DNA of 64,000 bases from an uncultured Actinomycetota bacterium. Its GTDB lineage: Bacteria; Actinomycetota; Actinomycetes; Mycobacteriales; Mycobacteriaceae. The notes below the pieces were generated by a model. That model did not search any database and had not been told where the DNA came from. It saw only the letters and a program-made list of their open reading frames with translations. A program made the translations under genes and the position numbers. The DNA lies in contig CAVOUV010000016.1 of NCBI GenBank assembly GCA_963699655.1, forward strand, positions 8,338 through 72,337, written 5' to 3'. This document shows positions 44,353 through 54,547 of this stretch, in pieces; the first letter of the stretch is position 1, and every line of letters starts with the position of its first letter.

Positions 44353-44753
44353 GCGCGCCGACCGTCGAGGTGGGCACCAAGCTGCCCGAGCTCAAGCTCT
44401 ACGGCGACCCGACGTTCATCGTGTCCACGGCGATCGCGACGCGCGACTTCCAGGACGTGCACCACGACCGGGACAAGGCACAGGCCAAGGGCTCGAAGGA
44501 CATCTTCGTCAACATTCTCACCGACACCGGACTCGTACAGCGCTACATCACCGACTGGGCGGGCCCGAACGCAGTCATCAAGTCGATCGGGCTCAGGCTC
44601 GGAGTGCCCTGGTATGCCTACGACACGGTGACGTTCACCGGGGAGGTAACCGAGGTCGTCGACGGCCTGATCACGCTGAAGATCGTGGGCAGCAACAGTC
44701 TTGGCGACCATGTCATCGCCAACGCCACGCTCACCATCGGGGGCGCGAAGTGA
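44349..44753 (+). CDS. chsH1: MaoC-like hydratase ChsH1 (Rv3541c)
   Basis: ATRDFQDVHHD, DIFVNILT. Confidence 0.9.
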   Translation: MSAPTVEVGTKLPELKLYGDPTFIVSTAIATRDFQDVHHDRDKAQAKGSKDIFVNILTDTGLVQRYITDWAGPNAVIKSIGLRLGVPWYAYDTVTFTGEVTEVVDGLITLKIVGSNSLGDHVIANATLTIGGAK

Positions 44754-45916
44754 CCGACGGCGTGTCCGGTAAGGCGGCGATAGTCGGAATCGGCGCCACC
44801 GACTTCTCCAAGAACTCTGGTCGCAGTGAACTGCGACTCGCCTCGGAGGCGGTGCTCGACGCGCTCGACGACGCGGGCCTGACGCCCGGCGATGTCGACG
44901 GCATGGTCACGTTCACCATGGACTCCAACACCGAGGTGGCCATCGCCCGGGCGACGGGCATCGGTGAGCTGAAGTTCTTCTCGAAGATCCACCACGGTGG
45001 CGGCGCGGCTTGCGCGACCGTGCAGCAGGCGGCGATAGCGGTGGCGACCGGCGTGGCCGACTGTGTGGTCGCCTACCGAGCCTTCAACGAGCGATCCGGT
45101 CAACGGTTCGGCCAGGTGCAATTGCGACTGGTGGAGAACGCCGACTCGACCGGTGTCGACAACTCGTTCTCCTACCCGCACGGCCTGTCCACACCGGCCG
45201 CGCAGGTGGCGATGATCGCCCGGCGGTACATGCATCTTTCGGGCGCGACGAGCAAAGACTTCGGAGCGGTGTCGGTCGCCGACCGCAAGCATGCCGCGAA
45301 GAACCCAAAGGCCTATTTCTACGAGAAGCCGATCACCATCGAAGACCACCAGAACTCGAGGTGGATCGCCGAGCCTCTGCGACTGCTCGACTGCTGTCAG
45401 GAGACCGACGGCGGTGTCGCACTGGTCATTACGTCGCCTGAGCGCGCCAAGGACCTCAAGCACCGACCCGCGGTGATCGAGGCGGCGTCGCAAGGCGCCA
45501 GCCCGGACCAGTACTCGATGGTGAGCTATTACCGTCCCGAACTGGGGCTACCCGAGATGGGTCTGGTGGGCCGGCAGCTCTGGGCACAGTCGGGGCTGAA
45601 GCCGACCGACATCCAGACGGCGATCCTCTACGACCATTTCACCCCGTTCACGCTGATCCAGTTGGAGGAGTTGGGGTTCTGCGGCCAGGGCGAGGCGAAG
45701 GATTTCGTCGCCGATGGAGCCATCGAGGTCGGCGGCAGGCTCCCGATCAACACCCATGGCGGTCAGCTGGGCGAGGCCTACATTCACGGCATGAACGGCA
45801 TCGCTGAAGGCGTCCGCCAGTTGCGCGGCACATCGGTCAATCCGGTGCCCGACGTCGAGCACGTGCTCGTCACCGCGGGCACAGGCGTCCCCACCTCGGG
45901 CCTGATCCTCGGCTGA
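44750..45916 (+). CDS. ltp2: Steroid side-chain aldolase Ltp2
   Basis: Thiolase-like; LYDHFTP, NTHGGQLGEAYIHG. Confidence 0.92.
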   Translation: MTDGVSGKAAIVGIGATDFSKNSGRSELRLASEAVLDALDDAGLTPGDVDGMVTFTMDSNTEVAIARATGIGELKFFSKIHHGGGAACATVQQAAIAVATGVADCVVAYRAFNERSGQRFGQVQLRLVENADSTGVDNSFSYPHGLSTPAAQVAMIARRYMHLSGATSKDFGAVSVADRKHAAKNPKAYFYEKPITIEDHQNSRWIAEPLRLLDCCQETDGGVALVITSPERAKDLKHRPAVIEAASQGASPDQYSMVSYYRPELGLPEMGLVGRQLWAQSGLKPTDIQTAILYDHFTPFTLIQLEELGFCGQGEAKDFVADGAIEVGGRLPINTHGGQLGEAYIHGMNGIAEGVRQLRGTSVNPVPDVEHVLVTAGTGVPTSGLILG

Positions 45917-46002
45917 ACCGCGGTACGCGCGCGTCCGTTGTAACGATCGTCGGATGGCACCACACGACGTCAGTGAACGGGCCACAGAGGAAGGGACACG
46001 CC

Positions 46003-46320
46003 GTGAACACAACTCTTTTCAGCAAGCCGTTGTCCATCGGCGCGGGATTGCTCGCCCTTGGTGCGGCGGCCGCGATCACCCTTGTGCCGACGGCCGTCGC
46101 GGATTCGGTCTTCCCGGCCGCCGGGGACGAGTCAGCCAGCGCCACTATCAACGATCTGCGGGCCCAAGGCTACGACGTCCGGGTCAACTTCCTGCAGGGC
46201 ACGCCGAACGTTCCGTTGAACGAGTGCCAAGTCAATGACATCGACAATCCCAGCGCGCCGAGCGTCCCACCGTCCATGGCAACCGTGTACGTCAACGTCC
46301 TGTGCCCGAATGCCAAGTAG
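46003..46320 (+). CDS. Small secreted protein with two Cys
   Basis: RBS GAAGGGA; signal peptide ending AVA; ESASATINDLRAQGYDV...C...VNVLCP. Confidence 0.75.
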   Translation: MNTTLFSKPLSIGAGLLALGAAAAITLVPTAVADSVFPAAGDESASATINDLRAQGYDVRVNFLQGTPNVPLNECQVNDIDNPSAPSVPPSMATVYVNVLCPNAK

Positions 46321-46343
46321 TCGCCTACCCATTCGACGGCGAG

Positions 46344-47009
46344 CTACAGCTCGTCGACGTTGATGATCCCGTCCTGAAGTGCCCGCGCGACCAGCGCGGC
46401 CTTGGTCGGTGCCGGACGCCCCACCGCGGCATATTTGGCGCGCACGCGCTGCAGATGTGTGCGCACGGTCGATGGTGCGATCTGCAACTTGTCCGCCACG
46501 AGGTCCTTGCTGTCCGTCTGAAACCAGGCGATCAGCACTTCCTTCTCCCGTGCCGGAAGATTGGGCCGACCGACACTGCGGTCCCTGACCATAGCGCCGG
46601 CCATCCGGGGCGCGACGTATGGGCTGCGTGACACGGCTGCCGTGATCGCCCCGGTCAAATGGCGTTTACCTTCAGACTTCGCAATGTAACTGACGGCACC
46701 CATGTCAAGGCATTTCAGGATGATCTCATCGGTTTCGATGTGTGAGAAGACGATCGTCTGGTGGCCGGTCTTGAGAATCTGCTCGAGATCGGCGAGGTCA
46801 AGGTGCCGGCTTCGCATTTCGAGATCGACGACGACGGCATCGACCCGGGCCGACCCTCGGGGGTGTTCCTGCAGGAACGATTCCGGAGTCAGGTAGCTGC
46901 CCGCCAGCTCGATGGGCGGATCGGTGCGGCTGAGCCAGACAGCGACGCCTGCGTGCACGACGTCGTGGTCGTCGATCACCGCAACTGAAATGCTATGAGG
47001 CGCAGTCAT
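46344..47009 (-). CDS. NarL/LuxR-family response regulator
   Basis: VIDDH, VVVDL receiver, YIAKS; HTH IAPSTVRTHLQRVRAKY. Confidence 0.88.
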   Translation of the reverse strand: MTAPHSISVAVIDDHDVVHAGVAVWLSRTDPPIELAGSYLTPESFLQEHPRGSARVDAVVVDLEMRSRHLDLADLEQILKTGHQTIVFSHIETDEIILKCLDMGAVSYIAKSEGKRHLTGAITAAVSRSPYVAPRMAGAMVRDRSVGRPNLPAREKEVLIAWFQTDSKDLVADKLQIAPSTVRTHLQRVRAKYAAVGRPAPTKAALVARALQDGIINVDEL

Positions 47010-47010
47010 G

Positions 47011-49254
47011 TCAAACGTTCTCCAGTGTCGTGTCCGCTACCTTGTGGCGGATGGTGACCCACAACGTGTCCCCCCGCCGGACGACTTCTCCGTCGCCCTC
47101 TATGCTCGTCATGTCGCTCTCGCAGCCGCGCGCCACCAGGCTGACCACGAGAGCGGAGTCGACGGCGGTCAGCACCAGGCGTATCCCCTCCGTGCTGTTC
47201 TCCAGGATGTGGGCGATCGGATGGATGAGCCGTTCGACGCCGTCCTCATCCAGGGCGGGCGCGTCGGATTGCACGTGGACGCTGACATCAACACCCCGGT
47301 AGGTGGCGGCGTCCAGGGCCGGTCTGATGGCGCGCAACAGTGGATGCTCAGAGGTCGACTGGTGGTCCAGAAATGCTCTGACGCGCAGAGATTCAATGCG
47401 GGCCCGATGCTGGAGCGCGGGATCTATGGGTTCACCCCTGGTCAGCGCCGCCAGCAGGGGCACCGCGTTGCGCCGTATGTCGGCCACGCCTCGCCGGAAC
47501 TCGTCGTCGGCCTCGGCGGCCGTCCGTTCGTGCGCCAGCAAGTCGAGATGGACCGTGGTCTGCAGCCGTGTATCGGTCACCGCATCCGCGAACATCCGGT
47601 CGGCCACTTGGGCCGCGACCAGGAGCACGGCCAGGGATGCAGCCCAAAAGCCGAGCATGACCGCGGTTTCGGCGGACGGGGCTCGCGCGAGGGTGACGGC
47701 GAATGCCCCGGCCGAATTGGCGCCGATGACGGCGAAAGCGGTGCGCAGTGGTAAACCCAGCAGCAGTGGCGTCAGACACCAGCCGGTCACCCACAGTGAC
47801 CACTCCGCCGCCGTGGACACCCGATCCAGCGACAGCACGGCGGGCTGCAGCACCGTGACGGCCAGCAGCGCCGAGATACCGATCCAACGAAACGCGCTGG
47901 TAGATTCCCGCAGGGTCGGGACGGCACACAGGCAGGCCAGCGCCGACGCGGCGGCCAGGGCCAGCTGCACATGCGGATGAGACTGTTGCACAAGCGAGTA
48001 CGGCAGGGTCAGCACGACCACGATCAAGGCCCAGCCGATCAACGTGTACGCGTAGCGCTCATGGATCGACTTGACGAATGATTCGGCTTCCGGCGCGAAG
48101 GCGGTCGGCTCACCACCGGGGCGATTGCCGGGCCATGTGAACGTCACCGCCGTGCCTTGGCCGGCGGCAGAGCGGATGGCGACAGTACCGCCGACACGCC
48201 TGACCCGGCCGACGATCGAGTTGGATAGGCCGTGGGTCTCTGTGCGGGCACCCGCCGTGAAACCACATCCGTTGTCGCTGACCATCATCCGGTCGCCGGA
48301 TATGTCAATGCGGATATGCGTGGCATTCGCGTGCCGGTCGACATTGTTCATCACCTCCCGGGTCGCCGCGGCGATGGCTGTGCCGACTTGTCCGTCCAGC
48401 CATAGCTCAGAGGTGCCCTCGAAGAGGACGGGTGCGCACGTGCCGCACGCCACTTCGCGCAACGCCGACACCAACTCGATGCGGCGTGGGGGAGCCATGC
48501 ATCGCCTGCGATCGAGGATGTCCAGTGCGCTACGCGCCTGCGCGGCCAGGCGGTCACCGGGAATCGGCGTGCCATTGCCGACCAGCAACAGCGTCGACGC
48601 GACGGTGTCGTGCAGCAGCGCAAGCTGTTCGTCCCGGTAACTGCGCACATCCACCGCTGCCCGCTGACGGATGTCGTCGGCCCTGCCGTAGTCCTGGTGC
48701 GCGGATCTGTTGACTGCGGCGACGCGAAGTAGTGCGATCCGCAGCAGCAGACCCATCGCTGCGGCCATCGCCAGATATCGCAGCGACACGCCGTCGGCCA
48801 CGCTGTTCCAGCCGACCAAGGGCGCCGAGCCGCACGCATAGGCGACCAAGATGAGCGCCGTTGTGGTCACCGCCATGCGTGGAGGTGACGCGACGGCCAA
48901 ACCGACGACGGTGGTGGCCGCGACCGCGAATTGAACGCTCAAGCCCTGCATCGATTGTCCGGATACGGCGAGCAATGGAGCCCCCGCACAGAACGCAAGG
49001 GCGAAGGCACAGTCGATCGCGAGAAGGATGCCCCGAAACGATCTGGTGGCGAGCCGGTACGCGGCCCACGCTCCAAGCGCGACGGCCAGCCATTTGCCCG
49101 CCGGCGCCGCCGAACTGGTGGGGGCCACCAGCACGGTCAGTGAGGCAAAGGCGTTGACGAGCTGCCGAGTAAGTAAAGCTAACTTATTTGCTCGATCGAG
49201 CAGGCCGCTGGCGAGATCATCGCGTCCGGCCGAGCCGAGCATGCCAATCTTCAT
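47011..49254 (-). CDS. Membrane sensor histidine kinase-like protein with a duplicated TM/kinase-like architecture
   Basis: TM block, LLHDTV H-box, EVMNNVDRHA N-box, DNGCGF and HGL G-boxes, a second TM block and a degenerate C-terminal domain. Confidence 0.8.
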   Translation of the reverse strand: MKIGMLGSAGRDDLASGLLDRANKLALLTRQLVNAFASLTVLVAPTSSAAPAGKWLAVALGAWAAYRLATRSFRGILLAIDCAFALAFCAGAPLLAVSGQSMQGLSVQFAVAATTVVGLAVASPPRMAVTTTALILVAYACGSAPLVGWNSVADGVSLRYLAMAAAMGLLLRIALLRVAAVNRSAHQDYGRADDIRQRAAVDVRSYRDEQLALLHDTVASTLLLVGNGTPIPGDRLAAQARSALDILDRRRCMAPPRRIELVSALREVACGTCAPVLFEGTSELWLDGQVGTAIAAATREVMNNVDRHANATHIRIDISGDRMMVSDNGCGFTAGARTETHGLSNSIVGRVRRVGGTVAIRSAAGQGTAVTFTWPGNRPGGEPTAFAPEAESFVKSIHERYAYTLIGWALIVVVLTLPYSLVQQSHPHVQLALAAASALACLCAVPTLRESTSAFRWIGISALLAVTVLQPAVLSLDRVSTAAEWSLWVTGWCLTPLLLGLPLRTAFAVIGANSAGAFAVTLARAPSAETAVMLGFWAASLAVLLVAAQVADRMFADAVTDTRLQTTVHLDLLAHERTAAEADDEFRRGVADIRRNAVPLLAALTRGEPIDPALQHRARIESLRVRAFLDHQSTSEHPLLRAIRPALDAATYRGVDVSVHVQSDAPALDEDGVERLIHPIAHILENSTEGIRLVLTAVDSALVVSLVARGCESDMTSIEGDGEVVRRGDTLWVTIRHKVADTTLENV

Positions 49255-50466
49255 TGCTGATCCGTGCCTGGGCCTTCGCTTGTCGGATAATTGACACCCC
49301 TGCCGTTCGCGGAGGGCGTGGTCGCCCGGTGTCCTCCGGAGCAGGCAGGAATTACCGGTTTCCCAGAGTGTAGTTTGCTGAAACCGCGATCTTATGGATT
49401 TTTTGCAAAACTGTCTGTGGCACGGTCATACGATCGGTTGACCTCGATCCCCGCGCCGGGGCGTAGCCGAGGCGGGCGAGGCGCGCTGAACGGCAAAACC
49501 CCTGACAGGCGAACTGGCGGACATCGGAATATTGCTCCTCGCTCGCCGAGGCGGGCGCGATCGCGACCGGCGCGGCGAGCGCCCGGGTCGGTCGCCGGCC
49601 GGGCCTCCGTCGGGTTCGGTCGGATTCCCGAGTCGGCCGGTGGAGGGAGGGCCGGGAGCGGCCCGAACCGCCCGCCCGACGATCGGTGCCGGCGATTACC
49701 GCGTGACGGCGGCGGCGCCCGAGCCCCTGGAACGTCGCTAGCGCGGGCAGCAACTCCTCGCGCCAATGGCTTTGTGGACGATTTCCAGCCCCGGATATCC
49801 GGTTAAAGATGATAGCTGAAATACGTCGCGGCGACGTCATACGGCCGAAACGAAGCCGACCGGCCGGTGGGTTGGCCGGGCGCTCGGCCGCAAGCAAGAG
49901 TGCCGTTCCTGCAGATTGCTGAAATTGCACACTTGGGATCGCTTACGCGTACGTAGGTCGTTCGGGGGACATCGGCCGTCGCAGCGGATCTAGCAGCTTA
50001 TCTGCGAAAAAAGCGACCGCAGCTTTGCGCGAACCGTGGTCATGGGGGAGGGTCTAGTTGCGAACGCAAATAATGCTGAAACTTTGCTTGTCGGCGGTGC
50101 TGGCAATTGATACCTTTTCCCCAATCGCGGCGATCATGACGCGTCGGTGGGGAGAACAGCAAATAGGCTTCGTTGTTGCCAAACTTGCAGCTCGACGACA
50201 AGGCTGGCTCGCTGGTCGCAAGCCTCCGAACTGGACGTAAAAGCACGCGGGGGGCCGGAAGGAACCGGTCCGAGACAAGACGGATCAGTTCGCAGCGCCG
50301 AATCACTGCAACTGCCAGACCGATCGGAAGCAGGCTATGACTCAAGGTGCCGACGGCAACGGCCGGCGACTTAGCTCGCGCCCCGTTCGGTATTCCGGCC
50401 GCCCAGAGCCGTGCGGCCGGGTTACCGGCGAACCCGAATTTCATTCGAAGCGCACCGGTGAATGAG

Positions 50467-51474
50467 ATGGGCACGCTTCTCGAGCTGCCAGTAACCACCG
50501 CCGTCCGAAGCTGGTCCGACCTCGCCGAGGTATACCGCCGACCGACTGCTGTGCCGGCCAGAAGACGTTCGGTGCGCCGGCCGACGGTTTCGGTGTGCAT
50601 CGTGGCCAACCAGCCGTCGCGCCGGATGCAGTCGATGATCGACAGCATCCTCGCGCAGCGGTTCCGGGACTTGGAGATCGTCGTCGTCGGCAACGCGACG
50701 CTCTATGTCAAGCGCGCCATGCTCGCGAGGCCGGCAGATGAGCGCCTGCGGATCATCCGGACTGAGTTTCAACTCTCGCTGAGTGACAGCTACAACCTCG
50801 CGGTTCGGCACAGCAGAGGCAGGTTCGTCAAACTGCTCAGTCCCGATGCCGCCCTTCACCCGGACCTCATCGCCGCGCAAGTCAACGTGCTCGAGTCGAA
50901 TCGGGGTGTCGCGCTGGTAGTTGCCGGGACCGACTACCTGGACGAGGCCGGCGAAGTCGTGAGGCGCCAACAACCGCTGTTTCGAACTGGCGGCCACTCG
51001 TCCGCACGAGGCGTGGTCAAAGCGATCGTCCGCAGCGGTGACAACCCGGTCGGCCCACTGACGGCGGCGATGTTTCGGCGCACGGACTTCAGGCGTTGTG
51101 GCGCGTTCTCTCAAGAGCACAAGGCAACACCGGAACTTGACCTTTGGATGCGACTACTCCGGTTCGGTGATTTCTACTACCTCCCCGCGCCTGCGTCGGC
51201 GGTCTGCGACAGCCACGTGGCGGTGATCGGACGAAACGGGCTTCGGCGGCGGCTCGCCGAATGGTCGACGTTCACGCGCCGGGTCGCCGACGACGGCACC
51301 TGGGACGTGTCGGCCTTCGATCGCTTGGTGGGATACGTCAGATGCTGCATCACAGTCGTGCGTAGCGATAGAGCCAAGCACTGCAACGGTTGTCGCACTA
51401 TTCCGCCAAACCGCGCCTCAACTCTGAACAAGATTGGAGAACAGGGTAATGTCACTTCGATCGTCGGCAGATAG
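50467..51474 (+). CDS. Glycosyltransferase family 2 (start uncertain, 50347-50467)
   Basis: PTVSVCI, SILAQRFRDLEIVVV, RGRFVKLL, ELDLWMRL; acidic motifs look degenerate. Confidence 0.7.
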   Translation: MGTLLELPVTTAVRSWSDLAEVYRRPTAVPARRRSVRRPTVSVCIVANQPSRRMQSMIDSILAQRFRDLEIVVVGNATLYVKRAMLARPADERLRIIRTEFQLSLSDSYNLAVRHSRGRFVKLLSPDAALHPDLIAAQVNVLESNRGVALVVAGTDYLDEAGEVVRRQQPLFRTGGHSSARGVVKAIVRSGDNPVGPLTAAMFRRTDFRRCGAFSQEHKATPELDLWMRLLRFGDFYYLPAPASAVCDSHVAVIGRNGLRRRLAEWSTFTRRVADDGTWDVSAFDRLVGYVRCCITVVRSDRAKHCNGCRTIPPNRASTLNKIGEQGNVTSIVGR

Positions 51475-51513
51475 CCGCCAATCCGTACCCACTGTCACAG
51501 CTGAGGTGCGGCG

Positions 51514-53103
51514 ATGACACAGACGGATATCGATACCAGGCCCGTCGACGACCGATCTCCCAGCGGCCAAGGAAATTCCGACGCCGCCGGTGAGCAGATC
51601 GCACAGGTTCTCGACAATCGCGGCACCAACGGGACTGCCCCACTGACTATTCCGCGCCTTCTCCCCAGCCAGGTTTTCGAACGCACACGGTGGCAGCGCC
51701 GATACATCACCAAATTGCAGCTCACCGACACACTGGTAGTAGCTGCAGCGGTAGTGCTGGCGCAGTACGTGCGGTTCGGGACGATGTCGCCGCCGGGATA
51801 CCTCAAGTACTACGTGCCGGCCTTCTCGGTTCTGTTCGCCATCGTCTGGCTGTCCGCCCTCGCTGGATTCCACAGCCGTTCTCCGAGGTTGATCGGCACC
51901 GGGATCGAGGAGTTTCGCCGCGTGGTTGCGGCCTCCTTCTGGACGTTCGGCGCGATCGCAATTGTCACCCTGCTCCTCAAACTCGACATCGCACGCGGTT
52001 ATCTCGCCGTGGCGCTTCCGGCCGGGACTCTCGGCCTGGTTCTGACGAGGTCCTTCTGGCGCGGCTATGTGGCTCGCCGGCGCGGACAGGGGGACTATCT
52101 GACCGCCGTGCTGGCGATCGGGGAACGTGACGCGGTGGAACTCCTCGCCACCGAGCTGAGCCGAAATTCGATGGATGGATATCAGGTCACCGGCGTGGCG
52201 ATCCCTGGTTATGGCTCGCCGCGAGGCGAACACATCACCGTCAACGGCCGGATGATCCCCGTGGTGGGGGATGAGACGCACGCATTGGAGGCAATCCGAA
52301 CCTGCGGTGCGGACACTGTCGCGATCGCCGGGACGGAACACTTCGGTGTTCGGGGAATTCGCAGGCTGATCTGGGATCTCGAGACCATGGGTGTCGACCT
52401 GGTGGTGTCGACGGGCGTCATGGATGTCGCGCTCTCTCGCCTGGTGATGCGACCTATCGCCGGGCTGCCGCTGCTGCACATCGAGAAGCCGCAGTACCTC
52501 GGTGCCAAACGCTTCGAGAAGCGCGCCTTCGACTTCTGCTTCGCGTTGGCGGCCCTCGTCGGGACCTTGCCGATCCTGCTCGCCACGGCGATCGCGGTCA
52601 AGCTCACCAGCCGGGGACCCGTGTTCTACGCCAGTGAACGAATCGGGATCGACGGCAAGCCGTTTGCGATGCTGAAGTTCCGCACCATGGTCAAGGATGC
52701 CGACAAGCAGCTGGCTAAACTGTTGGCGCAGAACGAATTCGACGGGCCGCATTTCAAGATCGCAAACGACCCGCGGATAACCCCGATCGGACGCATCCTG
52801 CGACGGTTCAGCATCGACGAGCTCCCCCAGTTCATCAATGTGCTTCGGCATGAGATGAGTGTCGTGGGTCCGCGTCCACCTTTGCGGCGTGAGGTCGAGG
52901 CCTACGACTGCGACGTATTGCGGAAGTTGCTTGTCAAGCCGGGCATCACCGGTCTGTGGCAGGTCAGTGGGCGAGCCGATCTCTCGTGGAATGAGGCCGT
53001 TCGGCTGGATCTCGCTTATGTCGACAACTGGTCGATGATCGGAGACCTTTTGATCGTGGCCAAGACGCTGCGGGCCGTCTTCGGCCGCGCGGGCGCCTAC
53101 TGA
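51514..53103 (+). CDS. Polyprenyl-phosphate sugar phosphotransferase (WcaJ/CpsE-like priming GT)
   Basis: KRAFDF, KFRTM, DPRITPIG, SIDELPQF, VGPRP, KPGITGLWQVSGR. Confidence 0.92.
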   Translation: MTQTDIDTRPVDDRSPSGQGNSDAAGEQIAQVLDNRGTNGTAPLTIPRLLPSQVFERTRWQRRYITKLQLTDTLVVAAAVVLAQYVRFGTMSPPGYLKYYVPAFSVLFAIVWLSALAGFHSRSPRLIGTGIEEFRRVVAASFWTFGAIAIVTLLLKLDIARGYLAVALPAGTLGLVLTRSFWRGYVARRRGQGDYLTAVLAIGERDAVELLATELSRNSMDGYQVTGVAIPGYGSPRGEHITVNGRMIPVVGDETHALEAIRTCGADTVAIAGTEHFGVRGIRRLIWDLETMGVDLVVSTGVMDVALSRLVMRPIAGLPLLHIEKPQYLGAKRFEKRAFDFCFALAALVGTLPILLATAIAVKLTSRGPVFYASERIGIDGKPFAMLKFRTMVKDADKQLAKLLAQNEFDGPHFKIANDPRITPIGRILRRFSIDELPQFINVLRHEMSVVGPRPPLRREVEAYDCDVLRKLLVKPGITGLWQVSGRADLSWNEAVRLDLAYVDNWSMIGDLLIVAKTLRAVFGRAGAY

Positions 53104-53119
53104 GAACGGGGTCTCACGA

Positions 53120-54547
53120 ATGAAGATGGTTGTCCTGGGAACAGGATATCTCGGCGCCACGCACGCGGCATGCATGGCCGAACTGGGCCATGAAGTCCTC
53201 GGGGTGGACATCGATCCAGCCAAGCTCGCAAAGCTCGCGGCGGGCGAGGTTCCGTTCTACGAACCGGGACTCGCGGAGTACCTGAAGCGGGCGACAAACA
53301 ATGGGACCCTGCGCTTTTCGTCGTCATACGAAGAGGCAGCGGAGTTCGCCGACGTCTTCTTCGTGGCTGTGGCCACGCCGCAGAAAAAGGGTGAATACGG
53401 AGCCGATCTCGCCCATGTCGACGCGGTCATCGCCACATTGGCGCCCTTGCTGAACAAGCCGTCGGTGATCTACGGCAAGTCGACGGTACCGGTGGGGACG
53501 GCCGCGAGGCTCGGCGAGCTTGCCCGCGATCTCTCGCCTGCAGGCGATGCCGTGGAGGTGGCGTGGAATCCGGAGTTCTTGCGTGAGGGCTTCGCGGTGC
53601 AGGACACCCTGCACCCTGACCGCCTGGTTCTGGGCGTCGTTGAAGCCGGGTCCGGGCGCGCCGAAAGGCTTGCGCGGGAGATCTACGCCGACCTGCTGGG
53701 TGCTGGTATTCCGCTCATCGTGACCGATCTGGCGACCGCAGAGCTGGTGAAGGTGTCGGCCAACGCATTTCTGGCGACGAAGATTTCGTTCATCAATGCG
53801 ATCGCCGAGGTGTGCGAAGCAGTTGGCGCCGACGTGACGGTTCTCGCCGACGCGATCGGGCATGACGGGCGAATCGGGCGCCGCTTCCTCAACGCCGGGA
53901 TCGGCTTCGGTGGCGGGTGTCTGCCCAAGGACATCCGGGCCTTCATGGCCCGGGCGGGCGAACTCGGAGCCAATCAGGCGCTGACTTTTCTCCGTGAGGT
54001 CGACAGCATCAACATGCGACGGCGGACACGGACCGTCGAGATCGCACGCGAGGCGTGTGGAGGCGAGTTCATCGGTGCGAGAGTGGCGGTGTTGGGCACC
54101 GCGTTCAAACCTGACTCGGACGACGTGCGGGATTCCCCCGCACTGAATGTCGCCGGACAGATCCAGCTGCAGGGGGCGACCGTCAACGTCTTCGATCCCC
54201 AGGCGATGGACAATTCGCGCGCGCTGTTTCCGACGCTGAACTACGCGACGTCGGCAATCGAGGCCTGCGAGGGCGCCGATGCGGTGCTGGTCCTGACCGA
54301 ATGGGCGGAGTTCCGTTCGATCGATCCCGTCGCACTCAGGAGCATCGTCCGATCCGCTTCGGTGATCGACGGACGCAACTGTCTCGATGCCGCGGCGTGG
54401 TGCGCAGCTGGTTGGGCATACCGAGCGCTGGGCCGGCCGTCCCGTGGCTTGCCAAATGGTCATGCCGCACGAGTCGAACCGAAGAAAGCACCAATCACCC
54501 TGTCACACCAAGGAATCGAGGATCCAGTTGCGTTGCCGACTCTGTGA
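53120..54547 (+). CDS. ugd: UDP-glucose 6-dehydrogenase
   Basis: GTGYLG, KSTVPVGT, NPEFLREG, GFGGGCLPKD. Confidence 0.92.
   Translation: MKMVVLGTGYLGATHAACMAELGHEVLGVDIDPAKLAKLAAGEVPFYEPGLAEYLKRATNNGTLRFSSSYEEAAEFADVFFVAVATPQKKGEYGADLAHVDAVIATLAPLLNKPSVIYGKSTVPVGTAARLGELARDLSPAGDAVEVAWNPEFLREGFAVQDTLHPDRLVLGVVEAGSGRAERLAREIYADLLGAGIPLIVTDLATAELVKVSANAFLATKISFINAIAEVCEAVGADVTVLADAIGHDGRIGRRFLNAGIGFGGGCLPKDIRAFMARAGELGANQALTFLREVDSINMRRRTRTVEIAREACGGEFIGARVAVLGTAFKPDSDDVRDSPALNVAGQIQLQGATVNVFDPQAMDNSRALFPTLNYATSAIEACEGADAVLVLTEWAEFRSIDPVALRSIVRSASVIDGRNCLDAAAWCAAGWAYRALGRPSRGLPNGHAARVEPKKAPITLSHQGIEDPVALPTL

Noticed and set aside
49291-50693. Several 60-217 aa ORFs in the long intergenic region
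   Set aside because: Arg/Pro/Gly-rich translations typical of non-coding GC-rich frames; no RBS or domain signature
51418-53223. 601-aa minus-strand ORF
   Set aside because: Antisense shadow of the sugar phosphotransferase
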